A stretch of 63,644 nt of DNA, counting the filler, from Chiloscyllium plagiosum (Eukaryota), in NCBI RefSeq assembly GCF_004010195.1. It is 3 parts of one record of this genome, joined end to end, with 100 filler letters (N's around TTAATTAATTAA, not from the genome) between each part and the next. Parts side by side here need not be neighbours in the genome. Positions count along the whole stretch, not along the records: positions 31,587 to 59,544 come from NC_057715.1; positions 59,645 to 63,644 come from NC_057715.1; 1 more part is not named here. One strand, 5' to 3'. Below, in pieces: positions 52,781-63,644 of the stretch; the stretch's first letter is position 1; each line of letters begins with the position of its first letter. The notes under the pieces were generated by a model that did no database searches, was not told the DNA's origin, and was given only the letters and a program-made list of their open reading frames with translations. A program made the translations under genes and the position numbers.

Positions 52781-53409
52781 GAATCTGTTTTGTTTTACTG
52801 CTTGTGTATTGAAGGAATGCTTGACCGTATATTTATTGCCGAACAAACTCTGTGATGCACTGATAGCAAAACCTGACTGTCTCATTGCTTATTCTGCAAG
52901 ACATATGCGGTCACAGATCCTGCATTCCGATGTAGTTTGACCATAGACCCTCGTCAATTTAGCCGACGAGTTCTGGTCAGAGCTGACACCATCGACCTCC
53001 GTAGGTAGTTGCTCTGTCCTCATAATGTTGCCCACTATGAGGTCTGGGTATCAAGGATCAGCCGTATACTGAAGAGGCTATTAACTTTGAGTCTGCTGCA
53101 ACTCTCTCTGGTTCTACCTCATCTAATAATGACTATTGTCTGCAATTCTAATAAACTTTTCTAGTTGCACACTATTATACAATATATTATCCTGATCTTT
53201 GCATTACAGTTCTCCAGTAACATAAGATAGGAGCTGAAAGAGGGCATTCAACTCTGCTCTGCCATTCAATGAGATTATGGCTGATCTGATAATCCTCAAC
53301 TCCACTTTCCCGCCTTCTCCCTGTAAATATGAGTTAGGAGATTTAAAACTCATGCCAGTGCAGTTATTCCATCCTATCTTCTGAGTGTCAATATAGGACT
53401 GCTAATATT

Positions 53410-54645
53410 TGTTTTGATCTGATTTACTGTAGTATTGGTTTATTTCACTGTACCTAAGTAGAGTGAAAAGCTTTGATTTGCGAGTAGGCAGATCATTGGG
53501 TGCTTAGACAGAGTAAGGCATACAAGGTTATGGCTTCACAGGAGGTGAGCAAAGCAAGCTCAGCGTTAGCAACATCAACATTATTTGAAGTTAGGCCCAT
53601 TCAGCAGTCTAATAACAGAAGGCTGTTCTTGAACCTGTTAGTGCATATGTTCAAGCTTCTGTATCTTCTGCCTGATGGAAGAGGTTGGAAGAGAGAATTA
53701 CTGGGGTGGGAGAGGTCTTTGATGATGTTGGCAGCCTTTCCAAGGCAAAAAGAAGTGTAAGCGGAGTCCATAGATGGGAGGTTTTGGCTTCTGTAATGAT
53801 CTGGACTGTGCACACAACTTTCTGCAGTTTCTTATGGTCCTGGGAAGAGCAGTTGTTGTATCGGTTCATTACGTTGAATTTGAATTTGAATTGAATTTAT
53901 TGTCACATGTACCGAAGCACTGTGAAAAGCTTTGTCTTGTGAGCAATACAGGCAGATCACATAGTTAAGTAGCATAGATAAGTAAGTAATAGGTAAACAA
54001 AACTACAGGTACAGGCAAATGTTAAGAGTTTGTGAGTCCATTCAGTATTCTAACAACAGTAGGGTAGAACTGTTTCGAAATGAGCTGGTGCATGTGTTCA
54101 GGCTTCTGTACCTTATCCCCATTGGTAGAGGTTGTAGAAAAACACTGTCAGGGTGAGATGGATCTTTGAGAATGCTGGTACCCTTTCCTTGACAGTGGAC
54201 CTGGTAGATGAATTCTGTAGATGGGAGGTTGGCCTTTGTGATTGTCTGAGCCGAGTTCACCACTCTCTGTAAACGTCTCTGATCTTGAATGGTACAGTTC
54301 CATACCAGGTAGTGATACATCCAGACAGAATGCTCTAGATGGTGCACCTATAAACGTTGGCAAGGGTATTCGCCAACGTACCAAATTTCCTTTGTCACCA
54401 GTGTGTCCACATGAAGAGTCCAAGAAAGCTTGTTGTGGATCAGAACTCCCAGGAGCTTGACATCCTCCATTCGTTCCACCTCTATGCTGTTAATGTGTAG
54501 GGGCATGAGTAATATCCCACCGAACGTCAATAATGAGTTCCCTGGTTTTACAGGCATTGAGCGCTAGGTTGTTCTCAGTGCACCATTTTTCCAGGTCTTC
54601 CACCTTCCATATGCAGTTTGTTTCATCACTATCTGAGATTCGACT
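53410..54645 (-). mobile_element. Two tandem Rex1/Babar-like LINE 3' fragments (about 53410-53870 and 53875-54645)
   Basis: KAANIIKDLSHP...LPSGRRYRSL...RFKNS and LQRVVNSAQTI...ILKDPSHP...RYRSL; (TTCAAA)n-type tail at 53874-53899. Confidence 0.85.
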
Positions 54646-54744
54646 AAGTGTATCCAGATAGAATGCTTTCTATGGTGCATCTAAAGTGAAGATGCTGTAT
54701 AGATGTATAGAATCCATCTACCAGGAAAGGTCAACGCCTTCTGG

Positions 54745-56754
54745 TGAAGTTCTAAATTGGAGGAGGGCCAAATTTGATGGTATTAGGTGTACCCTAGAAC
54801 TCTGTGGGAAGCTAGAAAAGTGATTGCTGGGCCTCTTGCTGAGATATTTGTATCATCGATAGCCACAGGTGAGGTGCCGGAAGACTGGAGGTTGGCTAAC
54901 GTGGTGCCACTGTTTAAGAAGGTTGGTAAGGATGGCTGGAAAATGGGAAGATTTCAGAAATGAGACAATGAGAATCCAGAGAAAGTATATTCCTGTTAGG
55001 GTGAAAGGAAAGACTGGTAGGTATAGGGAATGCTGGATGACTAAAGAAATTGAGGGTTTGGTTAAGAAAAGGAAGGAAGCATATGTCAAATATAGACAGG
55101 ATAGATCGTGTGAATCCTTAGAAGAGTATAAAGGTAGTAGGAGTATACTTAAGAGAGAAATCAGAAGGGCAAAAAGGGGACATGAGATAGCATTGGCAAA
55201 TAGAAATAAGAAGAATCCAAAGAGTTTTTACAAATGCATTAAGGACAAAAGGGTAACTAGGGTGAGAATAGGGCTCCTCAAAGATCAGCAAGGTGGCCTT
55301 TGTGTTGTGCCACAGGAGATAGGGCAGATAGTAAATGTGTACTTTGCATCAGTACTTACTGTGGAAAAGGACGTGGAAGATATAGAATGCAGGGAAAAAG
55401 TTGGTGACATCTTGAAAAATGTCCAGATTACAGAGGAGGAAGTGCTGGATGTCTTGACATGCATAAAAGTGGATAAATCCCCAGGACCTGATCAGGTGTA
55501 CCCTAGACCTCTGTAGGAAGCTAGAGAAGTGATTGCTGGGCCTCTTACTGAGATTTGTGTCATCGATAGTCACAGGTGAGGTGCCGGAAGATTGGAGGTT
55601 GGCTAATGTGGTGCCGCTGTTTAAGAAAGGTGGTAAAGACAAGCCAGGGAACTATAGACCAGTGAGCCTGACGTCGTTGGTGGGCAAGTTGTTGGAGGGA
55701 ATCCTGAGGGACAGGATATGCATGTATTTGGAAAGGCAAGGACTGATTAGGGAGAGTCGATATGGCTTTATGCGTGGGAAATCATGTCTCACAAACTTGA
55801 TTGAGTTTTTTGAAGAAGTAACAAAGAGGATTGATGAGGGCAGAGTGGTAGATGTGATCTATATNNNNNNNNNNNNNNNNNNNNNNNNNNNNNNNNNNGG
55901 TTACCTCAGATTACAACAGGATCTTGATCAGATGGGCCAATGGGCTGAAGAGTGGCAGATGGAGTTTAATTCAGATAAATGCGAGGTGCTGCATTTTGGG
56001 AAAGCAAATCTTAGCAGGACTTATACACTTAATGGTAAGGTCCTAGGGAGTGTTGCTGAACAAAAAGACTTTGGAGTGCAAGTTCATAGCTCCTTGAAAG
56101 TGGAGTCAGAGTTAGATAGGATAGTGAAGAAGGCATTTGGTATGCTTTCCTTTATTGGTCAGAGTATTGAGTAAAGGAGTTGGGAAGTCATGTTGCAGCT
56201 GTACAGGACATTGGTTCGGCCACTGTTGGAATATTGCGTGCAATTCTGGTCTCCTTCCTAACGGAAAGATGCTGCGAAAGTTGAAAGGGTTCTGAAAAGA
56301 TTTACAATGATGTTGCCAGGGTTAGAGGATTTGAGCTATAGGGAGAGATTGAATAGGCTAGGGCTATTTTCCCCGGATCATCGGAGGCTGAGGGGTGACC
56401 TTATAGAGGTTTATAAAATCATGAGGGACACCGATAGGATAAATAGACAAAGTCTTTTCCCTGGAGTGGGGGAATCCAGAGCTAGAGGGCATAGGTTTAG
56501 GGTGAGAGGGGAAAGATATAAAAGAGACTTAAGAGGCAACCTTTTCACTCAGAGGGTGGAACGTGTATGGAATGAACTGCCAGAGGAAGTGGTGGAGGCT
56601 AGTATAATTACAACATTTAAAAGGCATCTGGATGGTTATATGAATAAGAAGAATTTAGAGGGATATGGGCCGGGTGCTTACAGGTGGGATGTCCAGCTGG
56701 CATGGACGAGTTCGACCGGGGAACTATTTCCATCTGTACATCTCTATGACTCTA
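54745..56754 (+). mobile_element. Young CR1 (HER1-type) LINE ORF2, 5'-truncated, with a 34-N gap
   Basis: KVDKSPGPDQVYPR, VPEDWRLANVVPLFKKG..PGNYRPVSLTS, GKSCLTNLIEFFEEVT, WQMEFNSDKCEVLHFG; terminus CTCTATGACTCTAT. Confidence 0.95.
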
Positions 56755-58020
56755 TCGGCAGATGTTAGTGAAGGTCCTTCTGGATATGCTGAATTTCCTA
56801 AGCCACTTGAGGAAGAAGAGATGTTGTTGTGCCTTATTGACCATTGCATTTGGGAGGTCCAGGACAAACTTGTATATGGCATTTGTACGGAATTTGGCTA
56901 CACAGTGGTGAGTGTACAGGGAGTACAGTATGGAGCTGAGAAGGCATCCTTGGAGTGTGCCAGTGTTGAGGGTTATCATGGAGGAGGTGCAGTTGTCTAT
57001 CTTCACTGATTATGGTCTGTGGGTCAGGAAGCCGAGGATCCAGTTGCAAAGGGTGGAGCCGAGACCTCGTTTTTCAGATTTTTGAGATCAATCTGTAGGG
57101 GATAATGGTGTTGAAGGTGGAGCAGTAGTCAATGAGTAGGAGTCTGATGTAGATGTTCTTATTTCTAGATGTTCCAGAGATGAGTGTAGGGCTAGGGAAA
57201 TGGTGTCTGCTGTGGAACTGTTTTGCCGGTAGGCAAATTGTAGGAGAGCAAGGTAGGCTGGGAGCCTAAAGTTGATGTGGGCCATGACCAGTCTCTCAAA
57301 GCACTTCATGATTATGGAGGTCAGAGCCACTGAATAGTAGTCAATAAGGCACATAGTATGTGTTTTCTTTGATACTGGAATGATGGGTGTCTTCTTAAAG
57401 CAAGTGGGCACTTCAGATTGTAGCAAGGAGAGGTTGAAAATGTCAGGGAAAACCTTTGGCAGCTGGTCCGAACAGGATCTAAGTGCACGACTGGGATCTC
57501 CGTCTAAGCCCATCGGTTTCCTTGGGTTGACTCTCAGGAAAAATGATCTGGCATCTGCAGAAGTGATGGAGGGAACAGGTGTGTCCGACACTGTCGGGGC
57601 AGGTGACACCATGCCACTGGCATTCTGCTCGAACCGAGCATAGAAAGCATTGAGCACGTAAGGGAGAGATCTGTTTTTGTCCACTATGTTGCTCTGCTTC
57701 ATTCTGTATCCTGTTATGTTGTATAGGCCTTGCCACAGGTGGGTGTCCATATGATAGCTTTGGGCCATTTATCTTGGTCCGGTACTGTCTCTTAGCATCT
57801 CTGATGGCTTTGTGGAGGTTATATCTGGATTTTCTGTATAGGACTGGCTCATCCAACTTGAATGCTGCATGGTTGGTCTTCAGTAGGCAGTGAATTTCCA
57901 GTTCATCCAAGGTTTCCAGCTGGAGAACACATGGATTGACTTCTTTAACACACAGTTCTCAATGCACTTGCTAATGAAGTCCATAACAGTGATGGTAGAC
58001 TCGTCTTGGTTGTCCGCTAT
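56755..58020 (-). mobile_element. Rex1/Babar-like LINE RT fragment (continues at 54649-54683 beyond the CR1)
   Basis: LNAFYARFE, DIFNLSLLQSEVPTCFKKT, VALTSIIMKCFERLV, LQFAYR, TGTLQGCLLS..LYSLYT. Confidence 0.92.
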
Positions 58021-58224
58021 ATTCTTGGATATAAGAGTTACAGAAACATATTATTAACATACGTATTTTCAATATACAAAAAGTAGGTCGTTAAAAGATG
58101 CTAAAAGTGCCATTTCTGGCTGGTGCTGAAGGGTAGGTTGTTCAACTCAAACATGGTCAGAATGCTAAAAGGTTGACACTGGAAACAGGAAGCTCTGGAC
58201 CAAAAGTTCCCCAAAGAAAAGAAG

Positions 58225-58770
58225 AATCTGAGTCTGCCCTGCTATTCAGATTATGGCTGATCTGATAGTCATCGAATCCACTTTCCTGCCTTTTTTCCCA
58301 TAACCCTTGTTTCCCTTATTGATTAAAAATCTGTCTATTTTAGTCTTGAATATACTTATCAAACGAGCCTCAATGTCCTCAGTACATAATTCCACGATTC
58401 ACTACTCTCCTCTTTATTTCTATTTTAAATGTGTGACACTTCATTGTGAGATTATGCCCTCTGGTCTTGAATTTTCCCACGAAGTGAAACAACCTCTCTG
58501 TGTTTACCCTGACAAGTCCCTAAGAATGTTGTTTGCTTCAAAACGTTCACCTCTCAATCTTCTCAATTCCAATGAGTACAGGCCCAATCCACTCAACCTT
58601 TCTTCATAAGGTAATACCTCCATACCTGGTATTAGCGTCATGAACTTTCTCTGGACTGCCTCCAATGCAAGTATATCTTTCCTAAGATAAGGGGCCCAAC
58701 TGTTCACAGTATTCCAGCTGCAGCCTAGTATAGTTTTATTAAAAGCTTTTTAACTCTTTAATCCTTTCCC
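58225..58770 (-). mobile_element. CR1 3' end
   Basis: WAPYLRKDILALEAVQRKF...LGLYSLELRRLRG. Confidence 0.85.
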
Positions 58771-59334
58771 TTGGAAAGAAAGCAAAATGTTCCATTTTGG
58801 AGTATAATTCTATTTGTAGCAATTCAATTTGTATCATGTTTCCATGGTACTTGAGTGTCTGGCTGCCTCCATGGACAAGTTGATGTCGACCATGGGCAGC
58901 AATGTCTCGCACTCTCTGGCTCTCCTGGAAATGTGGAATATGTGAAGAGATTGTTTCCCCAATTTCCTTCCAGGGATCTGTGGAAATTTCAGGTAAACAA
59001 CTGTAAGTTTACATTTGGATGCAAATGCTCACAGACATATCTTTCTCCCAGTTTCCTTCTTAATTCATATTTCTTTTATGTGCATGAAAGATTAATGGAA
59101 TATTCACAGTAGTAGATCAGAGGAAGAAGAAGACAAACTCTGTAAAGGTTTACAAGATATGGTTAGAATAAATATACAAACATAAGAATTAAGATTAGGA
59201 CAAGGTCAATAAGACATTTTGAGTCAGTTCTACTATTTAATAAGATCTTGGCTGATCTCAATGTGGTCTCATCCATTTTTTAACCTACCCATAAAATGCT
59301 TTAGTTCTCTTGTTGGTTAAGGATTCATCTACTG

Positions 59335-59544
59335 CTGAAAATGTGTTGCTGGAGAAGCGCAGCAGGTCAGGCAGCATCCAGGGAACAGGAGAATCGACGT
59401 TTCGGGCATAAGCCCTTCTTCAGGAATGAGGAAAGTTTGTCCAGCAGGCTAAGATAAAAGGTAGGGAGGAGGGACTTAGGGGAGGAGCGTCGGAAATGTG
59501 ATAGGTGGAAAGAGGTCAAGGTGAGGGTGATAGGTCAGACTGGG
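59335..59544 (-). mobile_element. Penelope-like 3' end (family A), young copy cut by the gap
   Basis: Reverse complement of about 25-236. Confidence 0.8.
59396..59423 (-). ncRNA. Minimal type-I hammerhead ribozyme motif, core intact
   Basis: CUGAAGA-A-GGGC-UUAU-GCCC-GAAACGUC: perfect stem II, palindromic ACGU stem III, GUC site; stem I weak (AUUC/GAUU). Confidence 0.65.
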
Positions 59545-59644
59545 NNNNNNNNNNNNNNNNNNNNNNNNNNNNNNNNNNNNNNNNNNNNTTAATTAATTAA
59601 NNNNNNNNNNNNNNNNNNNNNNNNNNNNNNNNNNNNNNNNNNNN
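59545..59644. other. Assembly gap with artificial linker (44 N + TTAATTAATTAA + 44 N)
   Basis: Same structure as 31487-31586. Confidence 0.95.
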
Positions 59645-59954
59645 GGGTCGGGGAGTCCAGAACCAGAGGGCATAGGTTTAGGGTGAGAAGGGAAAGATAT
59701 AAAAGAGACCTAAGGGGCAACTTTTTCACACAGAGAGTGGTACGTGTATGGAATGAGCTGCCAGAGGATGTGGTGGAGGCTGGTACAATTGCAACATTTA
59801 AGAGGCATTTGGATGGGTATATGAATAGGAAGACTTTGGAGGGACATGGGCCGGGTGCTGGCAGGTGGGACTAGATTGGGTTGGGATATTTGGTTGGCAT
59901 GGACGGTTTGGACCAAAGGGTCTGTTTCCATGCTGTACATCTCTATGACTCTAT
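59645..59954 (+). mobile_element. Young CR1 (HER1-type) 3' end
   Basis: RYKRDLRGNFFTQRVVRVWNELPEDVVEAGT; terminus CTCTATGACTCTAT. Confidence 0.92.
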
Positions 59955-60602
59955 CTACTCTGCAAGTGACTGCAATGGAGAAAGAATCAATGCGACATTA
60001 TGTTTTTGACTGGCCTGTCTAATGTTCCACTCACCCGTTGTGTATCTGAGCAAGTTGTAAAAAACATTCCAAAAATCTACTTTGTGTTTCTTCTTTGATA
60101 TAAGTGAACCCAGCACAACTGGTTTTGCAGGAAAACCTTTTGAAAGAGTTGTAGAAATGATTTCTTTCTCTCTTCGAACAACAATCACCTGTGATATCAA
60201 TCAGAAGAAAATCCTATTCTGAAAGATGGTCTTGCTTGGTTGCTGAACAGATTGAATAGCGATCTAAATGCTTCCTTGTCAATAGCTCTAGGATACAATA
60301 CCCAAAGCTGAACTATTGATTTTTTTTTCAGTCAATTGCAGCGGAACTGCATGAGTGTGTTGGTGATGGGAAAATCTATCTAATTCACTGTGCAAAAGGC
60401 CAAATGGTTTTCCAAACTGCTTCGGACAATATAGTTGGCAAAAACCCCTTATCATGTATAATTCTGTGTTTGCATTGGCCGATTCATCCTCATCAATATA
60501 CCTTCCTGGGCGTTCCTTTGACTACAATGGTCCAAAGTTGACATTCATATCTGTAATGGAAAAGGGTGAGACACTTCATGAGTTCACAGTATAAATGTGT
60601 GT

Positions 60603-61530
60603 CATAACATCATACAGAACGGAAACAGGCCCTTTGACCCAACTTGGCAATGTTGGCTAGGTTTCCCAAACTGAGCTAGTCCCATTTGCCTTCATTTGGC
60701 CCACATGCCTCTGAACCTTTCCTATCCAAATGACTTTTAAATGTTGTAATTGTACCCGCCTCCAGCACTTCCTCTGACAGCTCATTCCATATATGCACAC
60801 CCCTCTGTGTAAAAAAGTTGCCCCTCAGGTTCCTTTTAAATCCTTCTGCTCTCACCTTAAACCTGTGCCATCCAATTTTGGACTCTTCTACCCTGGGTAA
60901 AGACTGTGGTTATTCATCTTATCTGTACCCCTCATGATTTCATAAACCTCTATAACAGCATTGCTCAACCTCTTACACTCCAGTGAAAAAAGTCCCAGCC
61001 TATCCAGCCTCTCCTTGTAACTCAAACCTTCCAGTCTTGGTAACATGAAAATTTTTTTTTTTGCAGCCTTTAATTGTTATTGTTTAATAACATCTTTCCG
61101 AGAGTAAGGTGACCAGAATTGTATGTGGTATCACAAATATCTTGTACAGTTGTAACATGACACCCCAACTCCTGCACTCAGTGCTCTGACTGATGAAGGT
61201 AAGTGTGCCAAATGCCTTCTTCACCACTTTGTCTACCGCTGACGCCACTTTCAAGGAACTATGTACCTGCACCCGAGGTCTCTCTGTTCGACAACACTCC
61301 CCAGGGTCCTACCATTGACAGTCAAGTCATGCCATGGTTTGCCCTACCAAAATGCAACACCTCACATTTGTTTGAATTAAATTCCATCTGCCATTCTTTG
61401 GTTAATTGGTCTAGTTGATCAAGAACCCACTGTACTCCTAGATAACCTTCTTCACTGTACACTACACCAACAATTTTGGTTCCATCACAGACTTACTAAC
61501 CATGCCTCCAATATTTGCATCCAAGTTGTT
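60603..61530 (-). mobile_element. CR1 RT-to-3' fragment
   Basis: QVHSSLKVASAVDKVVKKAFG; reverse-complement CR1 terminus at 60603. Confidence 0.88.
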
Positions 61531-62209
61531 TATGAGACTAAATAACTGTGATATGTCTATTTTAAAATTCAACATTGAATTGTTTTCATTCATACATTTT
61601 GGTTGGACAGTTGACTATAAGTAAATATTCCTCTGCTGTCAGAAATTGTAAATGCATTGATGAAGATTCCTGCCAGTTACAGGGATGACATGCTAGTCTG
61701 GGACCTGCTGTTTGATGATAGAGCACACAAGGAAGAAGGTTCCACTGCAGCTGATGGTTTGTTGATGGAGAAGGTCCTGGATCTATCCATACTCTATCAA
61801 CACAACACAGGGACTGATGACTGTTGTACAATCTTTGTTGTCTCTTTAGACCAGCATTGGTTCATCCCTGAGTACACTGAAACAGCTGTGCCTTTGCTTT
61901 GTAGTCCCACAGAACATTGCAATGCCGTTCGAGACCATTCACAGTCAGATGTCCCGCTCTGTTTGTCTCAAAACGCATCCCAGCTGGATGTACTTCCTGC
62001 AGCCAGAGTGGATTATGTGAAAGTGATCCTTTCTGGTAAAGAATTTTAATGGTGGTGGCTAAGATGGCAGCAGAGCAGGACCCCGAGCCAGAGATCATTC
62101 ACTCCATCTATTTCTTTTTTTCTTTCTCTCTTTTCACTTTTTCTTTTCTTTTTGTTTTTACTTCCCTGTCCTCAGGTGGCATCGGAAATGTCCAGGTTAA
62201 AAGCCATTG

Positions 62210-63644
62210 TGGACTCCTAGTCTCAGCGTGGACTCAAACCCCTGGTCTCAGTGTGGCCTCGAACTCCCGGCCTCAGCATGGACTCGAACTCCTGGTCTCA
62301 GCATGGACTAAAACTCCTGGTCTCAGCATGGACTCGAACACACGGCCTCAGCATGGACTCAAACTCCTGGTCTCAGCATGGACTCGAACACACGGCATCA
62401 GCATGGACTCGAACTCCTGGTATCGGCGTGGCCTCGAACTCCTGGTCTCAGCATGGACTCAAACTCCTGGTCTCAGCATGGACTCGAACATACGGCCTCA
62501 GCATGGACTCGAACTCCCGGCCTCAGCATGGACTCGAACTCCTGGTCTCAGAATGGACTCAAACTCCTGGTCTTAGTGTGGACTCGAACTCCCGGCCTCA
62601 GCATGGACTCAAACTCCTGGTCTCAGCATGGAGTCAAACTTCTGGTCTCAGCGTGGACTTGAACCCCCGGCCTCAGCATGGACTCGAACTTCTGGTCTCA
62701 GCATAGACTCAAACCCCTGGTCTCAGAATGGACTCAAACTCCTGGTCTCAGAATGGACTCGTACTCCCGGACTCAGCATGAACTAAAACTCCTGGTCTTA
62801 GTGTGGACTCAAACTCCTGGTCTCAGAATGGACTCAAACTCCTGGTCTTAGCGTGGACTCAAACTCCTGGTCTTAGCATATACTCAAACTCCTGGTCTTA
62901 GCATGGACTCAAACTCCTGGTCTCAGCATGGACTCAAACTCCTGATCTTAGCGTGGACTCAAACTCCTGGTCTCAGAATGGACTCAATCTTCCGGCCTCA
63001 GCATGGACTCAAACTCGTGGTCTTAGCGTGGACTCGATCTCCTAGTCTCAACATAAACCCAAACTCCTGGTCTTAGCGTGGAATCAAACCCCTGGTCTAC
63101 GCTTGGACTCAAACTCCTGGTCTTAGTGTGGACTCAAACTCCTGTTCTCAGAATGTACTCAAACTCCTGGTCTTAGCGTGGACTCAAACATCTGGCCTCA
63201 CAATGGACTCAAACTTCCGCCCTCAGCATGGACTCAAACTCCTGGTCTCAGAATGTACTCAAAATCCTGGTCTTAGCGTGGACTCGAACTCCGGGCCTCA
63301 GACTGGACTCAAACTTCCGGCCTCAGCATGGACTCGAACTCCTGGTCTCAGCATAAACCCAAACTCCTGGTCTACGCGTGGACTCAAACTCCTGGTCTCA
63401 ACATAGACTCAAACTCCTGGTCTTAGCGTGGACTCAAACTCCTGTTCTCAGAATGTACTCAAACTCCTGGTCTTAGCGTGGACTCAAACTCCTGTTCTCA
63501 GAATGTACTCAAACTCCTGGTCTTAGCGTGGACTCAAACTCCTGTTCTCAGAATGTACTCAAACTCCTGGTCTTAGCGTGGACTCAAACTCCTGTTCTCA
63601 GAATGTACTCAAACTCCTGGTCTTAGCGTGGACTCAAACTCCTG
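62210..63644. repeat. 25-bp minisatellite, consensus TCTCAGCATGGACTC(A/G)AACTCCTGG, about 57 units, running off the window
   Basis: Uninterrupted 25-bp periodicity with no spacers. Confidence 0.97.

Noticed and set aside
59955..60200. 81-aa minus-strand ORF as an exon of a neighbouring gene
   Set aside because: No recognisable homology or convincing splice sites.
62210..63644. CRISPR-like regular repeat and repetitive ORFs (62049-62706, 63128-63406)
   Set aside because: Units are contiguous with no unique spacers, there are no cas genes, and the host is a vertebrate. The ORFs arise from the 25-bp periodicity.

Overview
Repeat-rich vertebrate genomic DNA, very probably from a shark or other elasmobranch (inferred from the repeat complement: CR1/HER1 LINEs, HE1-type V-SINEs, Deu-type SINEs, Rex1 and Penelope elements). 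The one host gene I recognise is LHFPL6 (LHFP) on the minus strand. Its first coding exon is 51661->51274, with a probable non-coding first exon and CpG-rich promoter at about 52229-52780. Everything to the left looks like its long downstream intron, and I found no further exon. Most of the rest is decayed retroelements. Four things stand out. (1) Penelope-derived ends from at least three families carry minimal type-I hammerhead-ribozyme cores; four are compact fold-back insertions with target-site duplications and the same architecture (inverted arms plus an unpaired 29-37 nt tail). (2) Two nested, oppositely oriented Gmr1-type Ty3/gypsy LTR retrotransposons (SCAN-like gag, PR-INT-RT-RH order) span 19.3-27.2 kb. 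(3) A 25-bp minisatellite at the right edge contains a Pol III B-box-like motif and ends in a perfect 50-bp higher-order repeat. (4) There is a 254-bp local duplication. Two 100-bp gaps contain an artificial TTAATTAATTAA linker. Boundaries of decayed elements are approximate, and family names come from recognition by eye, not database searches.
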